From positions 43,586,001 to 43,650,000 of the forward strand of contig OZ360239.1 in assembly GCA_977017645.1 (NCBI GenBank): a DNA stretch of 64,000 nucleotides, read 5' to 3'. The translations under genes were made by a program, and so were the position numbers. The stretch comes from Torpedo marmorata. Its lineage: Eukaryota. Shown piece after piece: positions 50,251 through 63,071 of the stretch; position 1 is the first letter of the stretch, and each line of letters begins with the position of its first letter. The notes below the pieces were generated by a model that was given only the letters and a program-made list of their open reading frames with translations, was not told the DNA's origin and made no database searches.

Positions 50251-52680
50251 TCATGACCCACTGCTAGCTGTGACTTGGTTTTGAAAGTGAATGTTCAAGA
50301 ATTATGCCAGGACAGGATTGGGATCAACTGTGAAATACTTGATGGCCAAAGAACTCATTGGCAAGCATCTGAAAGCTCAAACATGAAGAGTGACCACTTT
50401 GCTGAGTCACTGGAGGAGAAGAATCCACAGAATTGTGCAACAGCCTTTAGGACAGTTGTCCATAAAGCGACTGGAAGGGGAAAAAAAACTTGTGCATTTC
50501 TCTAATTATCCAGGATCCTTCTCATGTAAATATGATGAAAATATTATGCTGATGATCTGTTTGCTGAGGGTTCATATCAGTATGCTCAGAGATCACCAGC
50601 TGATTGATGTTGAATTCATGACATTTTTGTGTAAAGGGAGACATTTAAACCAAAACAAATATTTCCAGATTAAATAGATGAAAGAAATAATGAAGTAAAC
50701 TTATTAAGTACTTTGAGTTTATTTTACGAGATTCTGGATGGATCTAAACACAAAGCTCTCTGGCAACATTCTTGTGTATCTAACATATGAACAGCTTCCA
50801 TTTTACATTAAATAAAAAATTAGTATAATTAGGTAGCAGTTCCAGGTAATGCATTTCCTTCCAGCAGAGAAGGAAAAGGCAGATAACAGTAGCGTTAGCC
50901 ATCCAACTCCAATTAAATGTATTTCAGAAGAATTATTTTGACACATACTGAGAAAAAGATGTCACGTAAAATGATATTGGAGGTTAAAAAATAAAATATT
51001 TTTGAACTGGTGAGAGATTATTTTCTATAATCCTTCAATATTTCTTGCAGAAGTATCTATACTGTGGATTATAAAACATATGGCTTGCCACTCATGGTAG
51101 CTGCATTCTTTGCTGTCTTACATCAAGTATCACTTGTCTGCAGCATTTTGCTGTGCTGCAATTCTGGCAGATTGTCCAAGAGACTCTCTCATCTGACGCA
51201 TCAGGTCGACAATCAAACAAGGGGTGGTGGTAAATTCTGTTTCACAGTTAAGCAAACTGAATGATATTACCTAGGTATTTGTCACAACCTCACAGAATTC
51301 ACTTTCTAATCTGCCATCTGGATGGATGTAGCAAAATTGAGAAGCAGGGGACAGACATTTCTCAGTAACAACCTGCTGTCATTCGATATTTCAGCTCCCC
51401 ATGATTTTCCTTTAGTTTGACTGGAAAATCAAGGGAAACTTGTACATTTTTGAAGTCTTTAGCAGAATCACGATTTTTTTGGTAGAATTTGCCTTATCAG
51501 GAGGTGCATTTTGTCAAGCAATGAGCAATGTTCTTTTGGAGGAGGTATGTATTTCGAGATCTCAGTTTTAAAAAAACGGCTTTGAATTATTTCCTCTTGA
51601 TAAAAAATATAATTCAAGTACTTTCATCTCCCAATTCAGGTAACCTAACAGTAGGTTCATGACAATGTACATATCTAACTAGCCACTAGGAGGCGCTTGA
51701 GGTTAGCTAAGGTTGACATATCCACCAATTTTCCATCCATTCTCAGGGGGAAGTATCCAATCTCTGTACAAAACTGTTTTTTTTTAAAAACCAATCTGAA
51801 TCTTGGCACAAATGAGTTTAGAAACATGAACAAATCCTTATATCCATGGTGTAATACATTGGTGTAACCCAAATATGACAAATTAAATCTGCTTCAAATA
51901 AATATTAAACCCTCAACAATTTATTAGATCTAGCATTCATTTTCCAAAGCCATGCACGTTTCAACTCATATTACTTCATTAATCATTTACACAAAATAAA
52001 TTTGCAAAGACTAAATCAAATAGAATACTCTATGGCTGAAACTGAATTTTGATACTCAAAGGGTTAACTAACCAAATAACATACACATTTCTAGAACATG
52101 TTTACCCATTTGTGACTAATGTACAGTACAATTAACAGTAAAAATATTATAGCCTTCAGCTTGTATTAGGAGATTGGTTATTAAAATACAAAATCTGATT
52201 GCTGAGCAAGTGGATACTAATTGGCAATTTCAATAAATTAAATTTTATAAGGATATGGTGCAAGTTCTTAAAGGGACAATGTTGAAATCATGGGTTAATT
52301 TCCAGAATGTAGACTATACATTAATTGATCCACACAGCAATGTGGTTTTAATAAGTTCTTTGCCCTCATGTCACAGCATTGAAATTTGCACTTTATGTTT
52401 GAAATGTCTGAGTCATCCAGCATGAAATACTGGTAATAATTTTATATCCTGCCCACAATATGTTTAAGTTTTTCGGAGAATGTAGAGAGAAGTCTATTTT
52501 CCTCTGTTGCACTCCTGCTAACATCACTCCCATTTTCAGTGCATGGAACACTACATCAATTTTGAAGGGTGCAAGCAAAAAACAAAAGCTAAATGGCAGT
52601 TACATTTTAACAATAGTAAAAAAACAGATAAGAATTCAGATCAAGCTCAGATGAGGCACAAGCTGGATAACAATATAGAC

Positions 52681-52841
52681 CAGTGGTTCTCAACCTTTTT
52701 TTTCCCACTCACATACCACCTTAAGTAATCCCTTACTAACCACAGAGCACCTATGGCATCCTATGCCATAGGTGCTCTGTGGTTAGTAAGGGATTACTTC
52801 TGGTGGTATGTGAGTGGAAATAAAAAGGTTGAGAACCACTG
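52681..52841. mobile_element. hAT (Charlie-like) palindromic MITE, 161 bp
   Basis: CAGTGGTTCTCAACC...GGTTGAGAACCACTG termini, near-perfect fold-back, 8-bp TSD ATATAGAC on both sides. Confidence 0.93.
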
Positions 52842-54637
52842 ATATAGACAGTTCAGTGGCAAAAGTTAATATTGTAGGGCTGCATGTAATGTCCTGTCAA
52901 ATATTTGAGTTGGCTCAGTTGGAAGGTAATGTTTTTTCCTCTCATTATGGCAACGGAATCAAAAGCCTAACCTCTTGGATTACTGTATATTGAAACCCCG
53001 CACTCAATACACTACAGATACATCACTGACAAACTGCTCCAAAACTAGCCTGATAAATCCTGTTACATGTTATTGACAAGGTGATTCTAGCAAGAAAGCT
53101 GTTTAGAATAAAGATATACTGAACAAACTTATGAAGCATAAAAATATAAGATGTCTTCTGAAGTAGCCCTAAAAAAATTATCACGCTGATGTTATTTCCT
53201 GAGCAAAAACAAAAACATAACTCAGCATTTGAACACACATTGCATGCTTTCAATTTAATATGTGTGCCCCATCCTGTTACCTTGACTTTAGGTCTTCTTG
53301 AAAATTTGCCATAGCTTACATACTGTACCACATTATATACCTGTTCCTGGGCAGATATTTGAATCTTGCTTTCTTATAATGCTTCTGGTAGCTAATTTCA
53401 TACAAAGTTATCAGAATTATCAAAACAACATTTGGAAAATGCATAATGTCATTCAGCACAATTTTCTTCCAATTATTTCTCTTTAATGTTTAATTTTCTT
53501 GATCAATTTTCATTTATAAAGAAAAGTTATTTGTAAAGCCTCTTAAAAATATGCTGACAACTTTATTGAATTAGAGCTCCATTGTGTTAATGCATTACTG
53601 ATGTACTAGTTTGATGATCTAAAATGTCACCAACCCTTCATGGCACATGCTTCTTAAAGTCTTGTGGAGCCATATTCAAAAACAAACACCATAAGCACAT
53701 AATCAGTGGTCAATATCAAAGAGACCAATTTCAGTACGAGCAGGCCTGTAGCTCAAAGAATGGATGCAGCATTGAGGGAGCAGGTTTTGGCAGTGAATTT
53801 GCAAGTTATTGCTGGGTCTAAATTCTGAGACACCTTTCCCAATATCACTGTGACTGTATCCCCTCGTTATCAATAGCATCTGTACAAGAACATTACACAT
53901 GCCAGGCCAGTCAGATATTGGCTGTAATCATTGGTCTTGTCAACAAAGTACCATATAAACAAATTAATCTTATCCAATTTTCTAACGGAAGCACTCAAGT
54001 CCAGAGATATCGCACTCAATGCACCACTATTCTGTGATATTTTATGATATCAATTCATCAGTTCACTATTACTGTCCTTCAAACAATCCCAAAGTATCTT
54101 GTAATGTTTATTGCAGATATAATTTATATAATGTTCTCACTCTTAATACTGCCAAAAGCATGAAACCCATATTCCATAGCACGGGGTGCCAGCTATTCCA
54201 CCATGCCCATCACATCAACTGAAGAGGTTGGACAGCTCTTACTGACAAATTCCTCTCTCGTGCAAGTCAAGATGGTGCACAACCACAGACTATTGGAGTT
54301 AACCCGAAGGAGGAGATGATGAAGAAAGATATTATCGGAATGGCATTTCAGGGACCACTTGTGGTAAACCACTGTTTAGGTATATTGTGTAGTATGAGTA
54401 TGTCCTACAGTCTGTCCCAGTGTCTCCTCCCCCTCCCCTGGGTGTCCCGATAATCCCTCCCCCTTCCTCACCTGAATAAAGGCCATTGTGCCACCGTCCC
54501 ACCCACAGTCCGGGATCAGATCTGCAGGTCGACTGTAGCTGTGTTTAATGTTAATAAAAGCCTATGGTTCGTTCCCACTCATAGTCTTTTGAGTGCTTAT
54601 TGATAGGCCTATCAATTTTATTAACATTTAAAATCTG

Positions 54638-55030
54638 ATGGAGAGCGCTCTAAGACTGGACCGACTGGACATCGATCACCTAGCTCCTGATGCCGGTAAC
54701 TCTTTTGAACACTGGCTACGCTGTCTCGAGTCCTTTATGATGACGATCAAAGCGGAAAGCGAGGAGCAAAAACTGAGGGTCCTCGTGTCCAGGGTAAGCC
54801 CTCGGTTATTCTCAACAGTTCGGGACTGTAAAACCTATACGGAGGCGATGGATGCGCTGAAGAGGATCTACGTGACGCCTGTTAACGCGGTCTACGCGAG
54901 GTACCGACTTTCTACGCGAAAACAGCGGGCCGGGGAGTCGATCGTGGAGTATGTCAGGGACATACAGTCGCTGGTACGAGCGTGCGACTGTAAAGCGCTG
55001 ACTGCAGAGGAACACGTCGAATTGCTGGAA
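54638..55030 (+). pseudogene. gag: gag N-terminal fragment (131 codons)
   Basis: MESALRLDRLDIDHLAPDAGNSFEHWL.. aligns without gaps to MEGALRPAILDLDHLAPEAGNIFEHWL.. Confidence 0.9.
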
Positions 55031-55339
55031 GGGGGATTGGGGAGGGGTTGCAGTAAGTGGTCTTGCCCGTCGAAGGTTTCTTCCGGTGCTCCCGCGGGCG
55101 CCAGGTCACGAATTGACACCGTGTCCTCTCGCCCATCAGGGAAGACCACGTAGGCATACTGCGGGTTAGCGTGCGCTAACTGCACCCTCTGGACCGTCGG
55201 CTCATATTTGCTGCTCCGAAGGTGGTTGCGGAGCAGCACAGGTCCCGGGGATGTCAGCCAGGCAGGTAGGGTGGTTCCGGTGTTCGACTTCCTGGGGAAG
55301 GAGAAAAGTCGTTCGTGAGGGGTTGCGTTCGTGGACGTG
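55031..55339 (-). pseudogene. pol: Inverted pol (integrase C-terminal) fragment
   Basis: LLRNHLRSSKYEPTVQRVQLAHANPQYAYVVFPDGREDTVSIRDLAP is identical in protein to the intact element. Confidence 0.92.
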
Positions 55340-58300
55340 TTTCTGCTCTGTACGCTTCTGCTGGATATTGAGTGTGCACATAATCGTCCCCAAGCTGAGT
55401 TTTACTCAACAAATGTGTACAGACTTTGTCACCCTATTTGACCTTTATGCTGATGATTTTGTTAAAATTAAGGTGATTAACATAGTTTTAAAAACCCCTT
55501 TGACACTGACCCTCAGTGGAGATTATTAATACCAAAACATCCATTTCATGTTCAATAATGTCATTCTATATGGACTCCAATGAAGAATAGAGTTCATATC
55601 TGACTCCCTAGCAGTCTAATTAGTTTATTTATTAAACTCCCAAAGTCTTCATGAATATTTTATGTGACATATTGAATTTAAATTCTTTAACCAAAATACT
55701 TGTACAGTACACAGGAATTTAACCTGTCGTCATGGTATTATCAATATAGATTATCTATGTTTTATCTCTGAGATGTTTGGCATGTTAAGATACCAACGGC
55801 AAACTGTCATTATTGTCCACCTAAGATATTTTATTTCTTAAAAGGTGATTCCATATATATGCATTCTGTCTCACTTGTATGACAAACATCTTATTATGCA
55901 CGTCAGTTGAGTTTTTAATTTTTACAGCAGTATTACATCTGCTACAAACAATAGTAAACAGTGCAGTGTCTCACAGGACACTTGAAGTGATTGCAGAATA
56001 GTTTTATTGAAGATAAACAGTGAGGAATACTTGGGTGAAAAATAAGCATTTACGAGGAAAACAGGTGGCAAGAAGTTAGAGGAAAGTATCTATTAACTGA
56101 GAGAAGAAACCATGAAATAGAGAAGTCAAGGGTAAAAAATGTAATGTAGTCATTTGGTAAAGTTACACAAAATGTGTTCATGCTTCTAATGCTATTATTT
56201 CACACATGCAATTAACACACACATCAAATTAAATCAGTGGAATTTTTAGCAATGAAATAATCACTTCCAGTGTACATAAAACAAAAATATCTGCATTGAA
56301 ATGAATATAATAGATTAAAAAACTAATCAGCAAGGCCTAAATGCTGCCTTAAGAAACAAAGGATTCATATTTAAAATGAAGAGGCAATGCTTTTCCTTGC
56401 ATCATAATGCAATTTTTTTTCTTTATGGTTTGTGGGGGGAAAATAATTAGCTAGCAGCAAACAATTTTGTTCTTTTAATTTTATCCATTATCTCAGGACT
56501 CTCACATTATTCCAATAGCCCTTAGACTTGCGCAAAATAAATAAGGATCAATTCCAATGCATTTAAAATGGAGATGATATTGTCCACTCAGTCTCCAAAT
56601 TGTGTTCTGTAAAGTGGATAAAAATGTTTAAATTAAATTTTAGAGATCAGATAAAATATGAAGATTTTTCTTTTATTTTCAAAGGCTTCTCTTTCAAATT
56701 GAGAGGTGATCTGATTTCTGTTTTAATAGGACAGAAATCTTATGTTTATTTAAACTTAATAATACTGTTAATTTATCCATCCTCTTCCAGAAATAAAACT
56801 AGCCTTTGTCATCTGTCAGAAATCTGACCTACTTCCTTTAACTAAATAACATCTCATAGATCATCGTAAAGCTCATCTTCCTCATTGTTAGTGGAGAATT
56901 AGCAAAAGCAAAATGGCAGAAAAATATTGCTATGAAAATCCAATATCAATTGACTGGCATTGAACTCTGAAACATTCAACTTTCTACTAAAGCAAGTCTC
57001 TAACATTTAAGGATGATAATCTGAAATGATTAACTTTTGGCAGCAATTTAGAAAATAGATCACAATGTGAAACTTCAAAATTATCCGTTAGATTCCACGA
57101 TTGAGCATGTTTTCAATTATTTTCTCTGGAAAAAGAGAAATACAAAATATAGTTTTTCCCGTAATTGTAAGAAGCTAATAATTAAAATCTTAACTACCTG
57201 TCCATGTAATAATCAAACTTTAGAATGCAAGGGCAGGATGTTAAGTTTAATTTCTGTGCCAGTGGTAAATTGTGTATTAGATTTCATATGCTTGGGAAAT
57301 GATAAGCTCTATCCCATTCAAATAGTCAGATATGGTGCAGATTGGTTTGACAAGAATCAGCTGTTTTATGTTGCTCAAATTTACAGTAGAATGTGTTCAT
57401 TTTATGGAACAGTTGGGACTTACACCTTTTTTCATTTTAGCAGCATCTTTACTCTCCCATATCCATTTTCTTCATATCATTGGAACTATTGACTTACAGA
57501 CCATGGGAATGTTTAAAACAATTGGCTGAATTTGGCCAGATATTGTCTTGTGTAATGTAATATTAAACATATGCTTTTCTTAAAAAATGAAATTTGTCAT
57601 GCTATTTTCAAATTCCATTTTATGAGTTCTCTAATTCATTCTTAATAACGTTGTGGGCCTCTATGGGAGCATGCATCAAAGTCCACTCTATCATTTATAT
57701 AATGACATTTATTTGGATACTGATTAGCTTCCATATCAGTGTTACACCCCAAGAAACCAGCCTCATATTGGTCTTACATTTCATCTGAAGTCATACTGAA
57801 TATAAGCACGAAATCAGACCACGGGTTTTAAGTTTCACACCTATGGTACTGGGGCTCTGTGCATGCCAACTCAGAAAGCTATCACATCCATGCCTGTTAG
57901 TACAATCATTCAATATCTTCCAACTCAACACCAAAAATTTAAATTATCTGTGTCTAACTATGATTACATTCAGAAATTATTCAACTTTAGAGAGCAAAGT
58001 GCAAACACCAAAGCAAATGTTCCAAAGAATGTGGTTTGTTGACAGCCATGTGACTCTGAAGCTGCCAAAACTAGGCAATGAAGCAAGTTGTTTCATGGAA
58101 CTTGAAATTGCAAGGTTCAGAAAAATTAAGAAACAGAATTTCATGTATTAAAAAACTAGAGGGCACTCCGTTAAAGCTTCATAAACTAATGCAGATAATT
58201 ATTAGTGCTTTGTGTGTGGTACAGCAATCTTAGGAAATAAGTAGTAGTGTAGGGCTTTGGAACAAAATGAAATCCTTTCATAAAATTAATTGCAATAGTC

Positions 58301-59601
58301 ACTGAAAATGTCCATGTTACCCAGCATTTGTAGTATTTTGTTGAGCCTTGCTCTACTTACTGCACACTCTACACTTTAGTTTTATAAAAAACAGCAAGTC
58401 ACTTAGATATGGTTAAAACAAATGCTGCATTATGGCATGAAACTAATTTCATTGATCACTGATTAGAAAAACTAAAGGCACAGAATATTCTCAGTGTGAA
58501 ATATCTACATTGATCAGAGCTGTTAGAATGAAAAGTGGACTTTTATGTGCCAAGTATTTTTTCAAAAGCTTTAATCATTAAGACAATGCCTTGCTATTTC
58601 TTTTTTACTTAAATGATGAATGTTGTGAATAAAATTCATACAAACTACCTTGCCTTCCAAATGTTACTCGAGATAGAGATAGATTATAGCAACTCATGCT
58701 TTCAATGGCTCAGCTAATTTGAATTTGATGATGAACAAAATTTAAAATTAAGTTAATTAACATCTTAATATCCTCTTTTACATCCACACAATGAAAATGT
58801 ATGTTCTGTTTCAATAAATTTAGTATTTTTTAATCAGAACCACTCCAAATTAAAACTCATGAACAGCCATTCCAGAATATATTGCTCCTTTTATGAAAGA
58901 TTTTTTTCATTTTTCATTCAAGTACACAAAATAAAGGCACAACTCTCTAATTACTCATCATAAAGCATTCAAAAATGTAAGCAGCAGACTATGCCATAAT
59001 TCAACTTGTTGTATCTGTGAAGAATTGCCAGGGTACCTCATGAGGGAGGATCAAGTTCAACAAATACTTTGGCAAACAGATAAAATTGAGGTTGTTGGTA
59101 TGATCAAGGGAACAACTTGGGTAGTTTAATCTTAGTGGATGAATTTACAAGAAAGTGTTGATTTTTTTGGTTAGTAAGCTAAATTGATTGCATTCAAAAT
59201 TATTCGGCATTGGAAAGAAAAATGTGGTTACCAAGGAAATAACACCCAATTGATAGATATCTAACTTCGATGCCACCATAATTGTATTTTAAACAATTTA
59301 ATTAGCTTTTTTTTCTGGTGAGGGTTAGAATGATAAAAGCTATGGACATTTTCAAAACAGATATAAAAAATTTGATTGAGCCCTTGTTTTGGAAGTTGGT
59401 GATTGCTTCTATAAGCAAAGTTTTGAGCTTACCCCAATTCCAACTTGTTAATTGTTGCTCAGCACTCTCTGCAGCTGCTCAGTTGTGATTTCTGGTAGGA
59501 TGCCTACCTCAGAATATAGCTGCTCAATTTGTAAACAAGAATTGGAGGTTTGATTGAAGATGAGAGTGAGATGTCAGAACTGCCTTCCAAACAAAGAATT
59601 A

Positions 59602-60156
59602 CACTGGACAACAATTTTTTTCAAAAGGTTTGCTTCCTGAAAAAAAATGGGGATTATGATAAACAACTTCAAGCTGAACACAAATTTCAGATTTGCTGTA
59701 TCATGTAGGAAGTTGGAGAAACATTAAATTAACTTTTATTCAATTTAACATTAAGCTACATGCGCACTACAAATGTAACAGAATGAATTGCAGCTGTTGC
59801 GACATTGATGAGACATTTCTGCTGTATTGAATCTTCCTGAAGACAATCAATGCTGTTGTTAAGTACAATCACGATGCTATTGCCTGAAGAACATGTCCAT
59901 CAACATGCATTTAATCTATAATCAATGTAATGCACAGCTTCTGTATATGTGAGCTGCTTTTATAGCCTGTCTACATCTATCCTGACTAAGTATGCCCAAG
60001 CCTAAGACAACATTTGCATAGCACCTGCACAAAATAGGTTATATCTTAAAAACGTTACGTGATAGGAAATTTTAAGGTGATTTTCGTAATCAGCAGCCCA
60101 AAATCCATAAACTACACCTAAAAGTGTTCAGTAAGCAAAATCTTCATTGTCCAGTG
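59602..60156. mobile_element. Non-autonomous DNA transposon, probably Chapaev3-like (CMC superfamily), 555 bp
   Basis: TIRs CACTGGACAA..TTTGCTTCCTGAA / TTCAGTAAGCAAA..TTGTCCAGTG with a 3-bp TTA TSD on both sides; CAC..GTG termini with a TWA TSD are Chapaev3 hallmarks. Confidence 0.75.
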
Positions 60157-60909
60157 TTATTGACATCAGTAGACTTCCTCAGTCACCTCAAATGTAATTG
60201 GAGCAATATTCACACATTTGCCTGATTAGTAAAAAAAAGTCGTCTGTGCCCTCTTCTGAAGCAAATCCATCTTTATGGGTATTAATTTCATCCAATGCTA
60301 AATCCTGGACCTCAACTGCATGCCTTTTAGTCAGTTGCATTTTCGAAACAGTGGGTCTTTCTGTTTGGCTGGCATCTGGAAGTGTCCATTGGGCAGGAAG
60401 AAGCCAAATGTCAGCACAGATAAATTGAGAGAACACTGATATCAGTGTATTACAAAAAAGTATAAAAGGATTGGATGCATGAAAAGGGGAGGCCTCAGTT
60501 TTCCTTGTCAACTCTTAAGTGACCTTTTGCTCCTCTGGGCCCACATAAGGTTAATAAAAAAATACTTCTAATGATGGTGCTCTAGATCTGGACATTTTAA
60601 TGAGAATGAAAGCCACAAGAAGGTCTGCTTCAGGCCGAAGTTAAGTCAAAATTAGCGTTCAACAGCAACTTTATCTGCAGGCTTATAGTAGGCATCTTAC
60701 AGCTTTAAATGTCCTGGACTGTAGCCAGGAAAGGGTTAAATTTACTATTTGTAACAATGCAAAGTCTTTTAAACCCACAGCAAATTTACAGTTTCTGAAT
60801 GTTACTTTTATCATGATAAGTTTCATTGTAATTGTTCATAAATTCTGAATGAAAATTGCTTCAGCAGATCACATTGTAAACACTACACTTGCTTGAGAGC
60901 AAGGAAAAA

Positions 60910-61079
60910 AAAGGTAAAGGTTCTATTATTGTCACGTAATACTACATTTAGAATGTAACATACATGAAATTCTTTAATTTTTGTCTACCGTAAGGCAGAC
61001 AGAGAGTCGCTACTTTGTCCAGCGCCCCCCACAGAAACCTACAGCACCTGGTGTTCCTAGGCAGTCTCCCCTCCAAGTA
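60910..61079 (-). mobile_element. 5S rRNA-derived SINE3-like fragment
   Basis: 61035-61079 on the minus strand is TACTTGGAGGGGAGACTGCCTAGGAACACCAGGTGCTGTAGGTTT (3' 45 nt of 5S rRNA), followed by a body ending GACAATAATAGAACCTTTACCTTT like a LINE tail. Confidence 0.75.
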
Positions 61080-62579
61080 AAGAGCGTGTTAGTTGCAAAA
61101 CTCCAAAATTAGTCTATCAAAAAACACTAAAAACTCTGAACCAAGTCAACAATTAAGTTCTATTGTTTTTTTTTGGAAAATAAATCCACCTATCTAAAAT
61201 TGTAAAAATAATTTCTTTGGTAATAGCTCTTCCTTCGATTGTCAGTGGACTTATTGACAAGGTGCGGTCCGGTGTCTGTTTTGGCATTTACACTTGTATC
61301 TTTTCTTTGTTTAATAAGTTAAACTGTTGCCTTTCCTGTGCAGCCTTCCTCAACATTTTGTGTTATTGTGATACAATGCGATGACAAAGTTAATGGGTGT
61401 GTTTCCTTTTCTGTGTACAGTAGCATGTTTAGGGGAAGAGATATTTATACAAAAAAAAAATGCAGGCTTGCCTTCAGAGCCTCCAAAACAATTAAAAAAA
61501 ACCATTTGGAAATATTTCAAACCAACCGAAGATCCTTCCGAACTTTCCTGCTTTAATTGAATATTATCAGATGAATTAACTCAGACATGAGATGTTTGTT
61601 AAGGAATTGGAATAATGACCCAGTTTTATTGCAAAGATTGCAGTATAAAAGAGGAGTATCCTCGACCAAGAAATACGTGTTAACAAATATAGAAGGCAAC
61701 TTTGAAGAATAATTTTCAAATCATATTAGCTAACATGTAGGTACAGCTTGTGCTGGGTGAACTTACTTTGCTGACACCAAAGGAAATTTGATAATTTAAA
61801 AAAAGCCCTAACTAGCATTTGTTAGCTCTGCGTAAATTGTTAAAAATGTTGAGATTCATTTGACTAACCAATCCAGTGTTGAGGGTATTACTCAGCACCA
61901 CCAGATTCATAGCATAATAAATTAGTGCTCATTTCAAATTCATGCTCTAAAAATGTGTCATCACAGAGAAATAGTTGAAATTTAATTTAATTATTTGAAT
62001 TAATGTTCATTACATCATTTGAATTGATGCATGGATTTTTAAAACGTTGTGACAAGATTTTTGAATCAAATAGTTATAATGGAAATCAATAAGTAATCAT
62101 TTAACTCATGGAGAAAATGTAGCACTGAACACAGAGCATGTATTGCTCTCAAAAGAGCAATGTATTTAGGGGTGTATTTAAATATTTACATATTCTTCAC
62201 GTATCCCTTTAAAGTATTTTTTAATTGAGTAAAGTTAATCAATGGAAAATTAAAAATGCTTTCCATGATTCAAAAGCATTACCCACTAATTTAAATTATT
62301 TATAGATTTCTTATTAGAGCAGCCATATTTTGCAGCGAAAGCACTTCCTGGTCTATAGATGTGTCCAATCGAAATTTGAAAAATGTCCAAATTCGTTCTC
62401 CTTATGAATCATTAGTAACATCAGAGAGGAGAACATGAACTTAAGAACAAGAAGCAGGAAAAGGTCATTTGGAGCAACGCACAAAATGCTGGAGGAACTC
62501 ATCAGTTCAGCCAGCATCAAAGGAAGGCAATAGACAATGTTTTGGGCCATAAATGTTCATCAGTAGTGCTCTATTTGGC

Positions 62580-62970
62580 CCACCATATCATTATGATGTC
62601 CAAAATAAAAGATTATAGCTGATATTTTACCTCTCTGCCATATCTATTAATCTATCCTCCTCAGTCTTGAATATATTTAGTGATTGAGGCTCCACAGCCC
62701 CTTTGGGTGGTGATTTCCAAAGATTAACCTCCATCTGGGTGAAATAAATATCTTCTCAACTCTATCCTGAGTTGACGACTCCTTTTTTATTGGAGCCTGT
62801 GGCCACTGATTCTGGCCAGCTCTTCCAGGAAAAAATCATCTCTGTATCTAGCCAGACAATTCCTGGAGGAATTTGGGGTATTTCAAAGAGATCCCCATCA
62901 TTCTTCTAAGACAGGACCAGTTGGCCGAATCTCACTTCGTTCACCAAACCCACATCCCAGAAATTAATCT
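62580..62970 (-). mobile_element. Decayed CR1 3' region
   Basis: CTCCACAGCCCCTTTGGGTGGTGATTTCCAAAGATTAAC..TGGGTGAAATAAA is the reverse complement of the CR1 FFTQRVVxxWNxLP region. Confidence 0.6.
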
Positions 62971-63071
62971 GGTAAGTCTTGGCTACTCTTCATGCAGAAC
63001 AAAGAACAATGCAGCACAGGAACAGGCCAGTTGGCCCATAATATTTACTTTGAACATGATGCCCAAATTAT

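Larger units (their letters stand above)
54360..55339 (+). mobile_element. Truncated, rearranged Gypsy relative: 5' LTR, gag 5' end, inverted integrase 3' piece
   Basis: LTR 54360-54614 (TGTGGTAAACCAC..TGATAGGCCTATCA); gag 54638-55030, roughly 70% identical by eye to the intact copy; 55031-55339 encodes the integrase C-terminal region on the minus strand. Confidence 0.92.

Noticed and set aside
60188-60511. 107-aa ORF as a host exon or transposase
   Set aside because: It lies outside the neighbouring TIR element, has no recognisable motif, and has no convincing splice pair.
61035-61079. Functional 5S rRNA gene
   Set aside because: Only the 3' 45 nt, with several substitutions and no A box.
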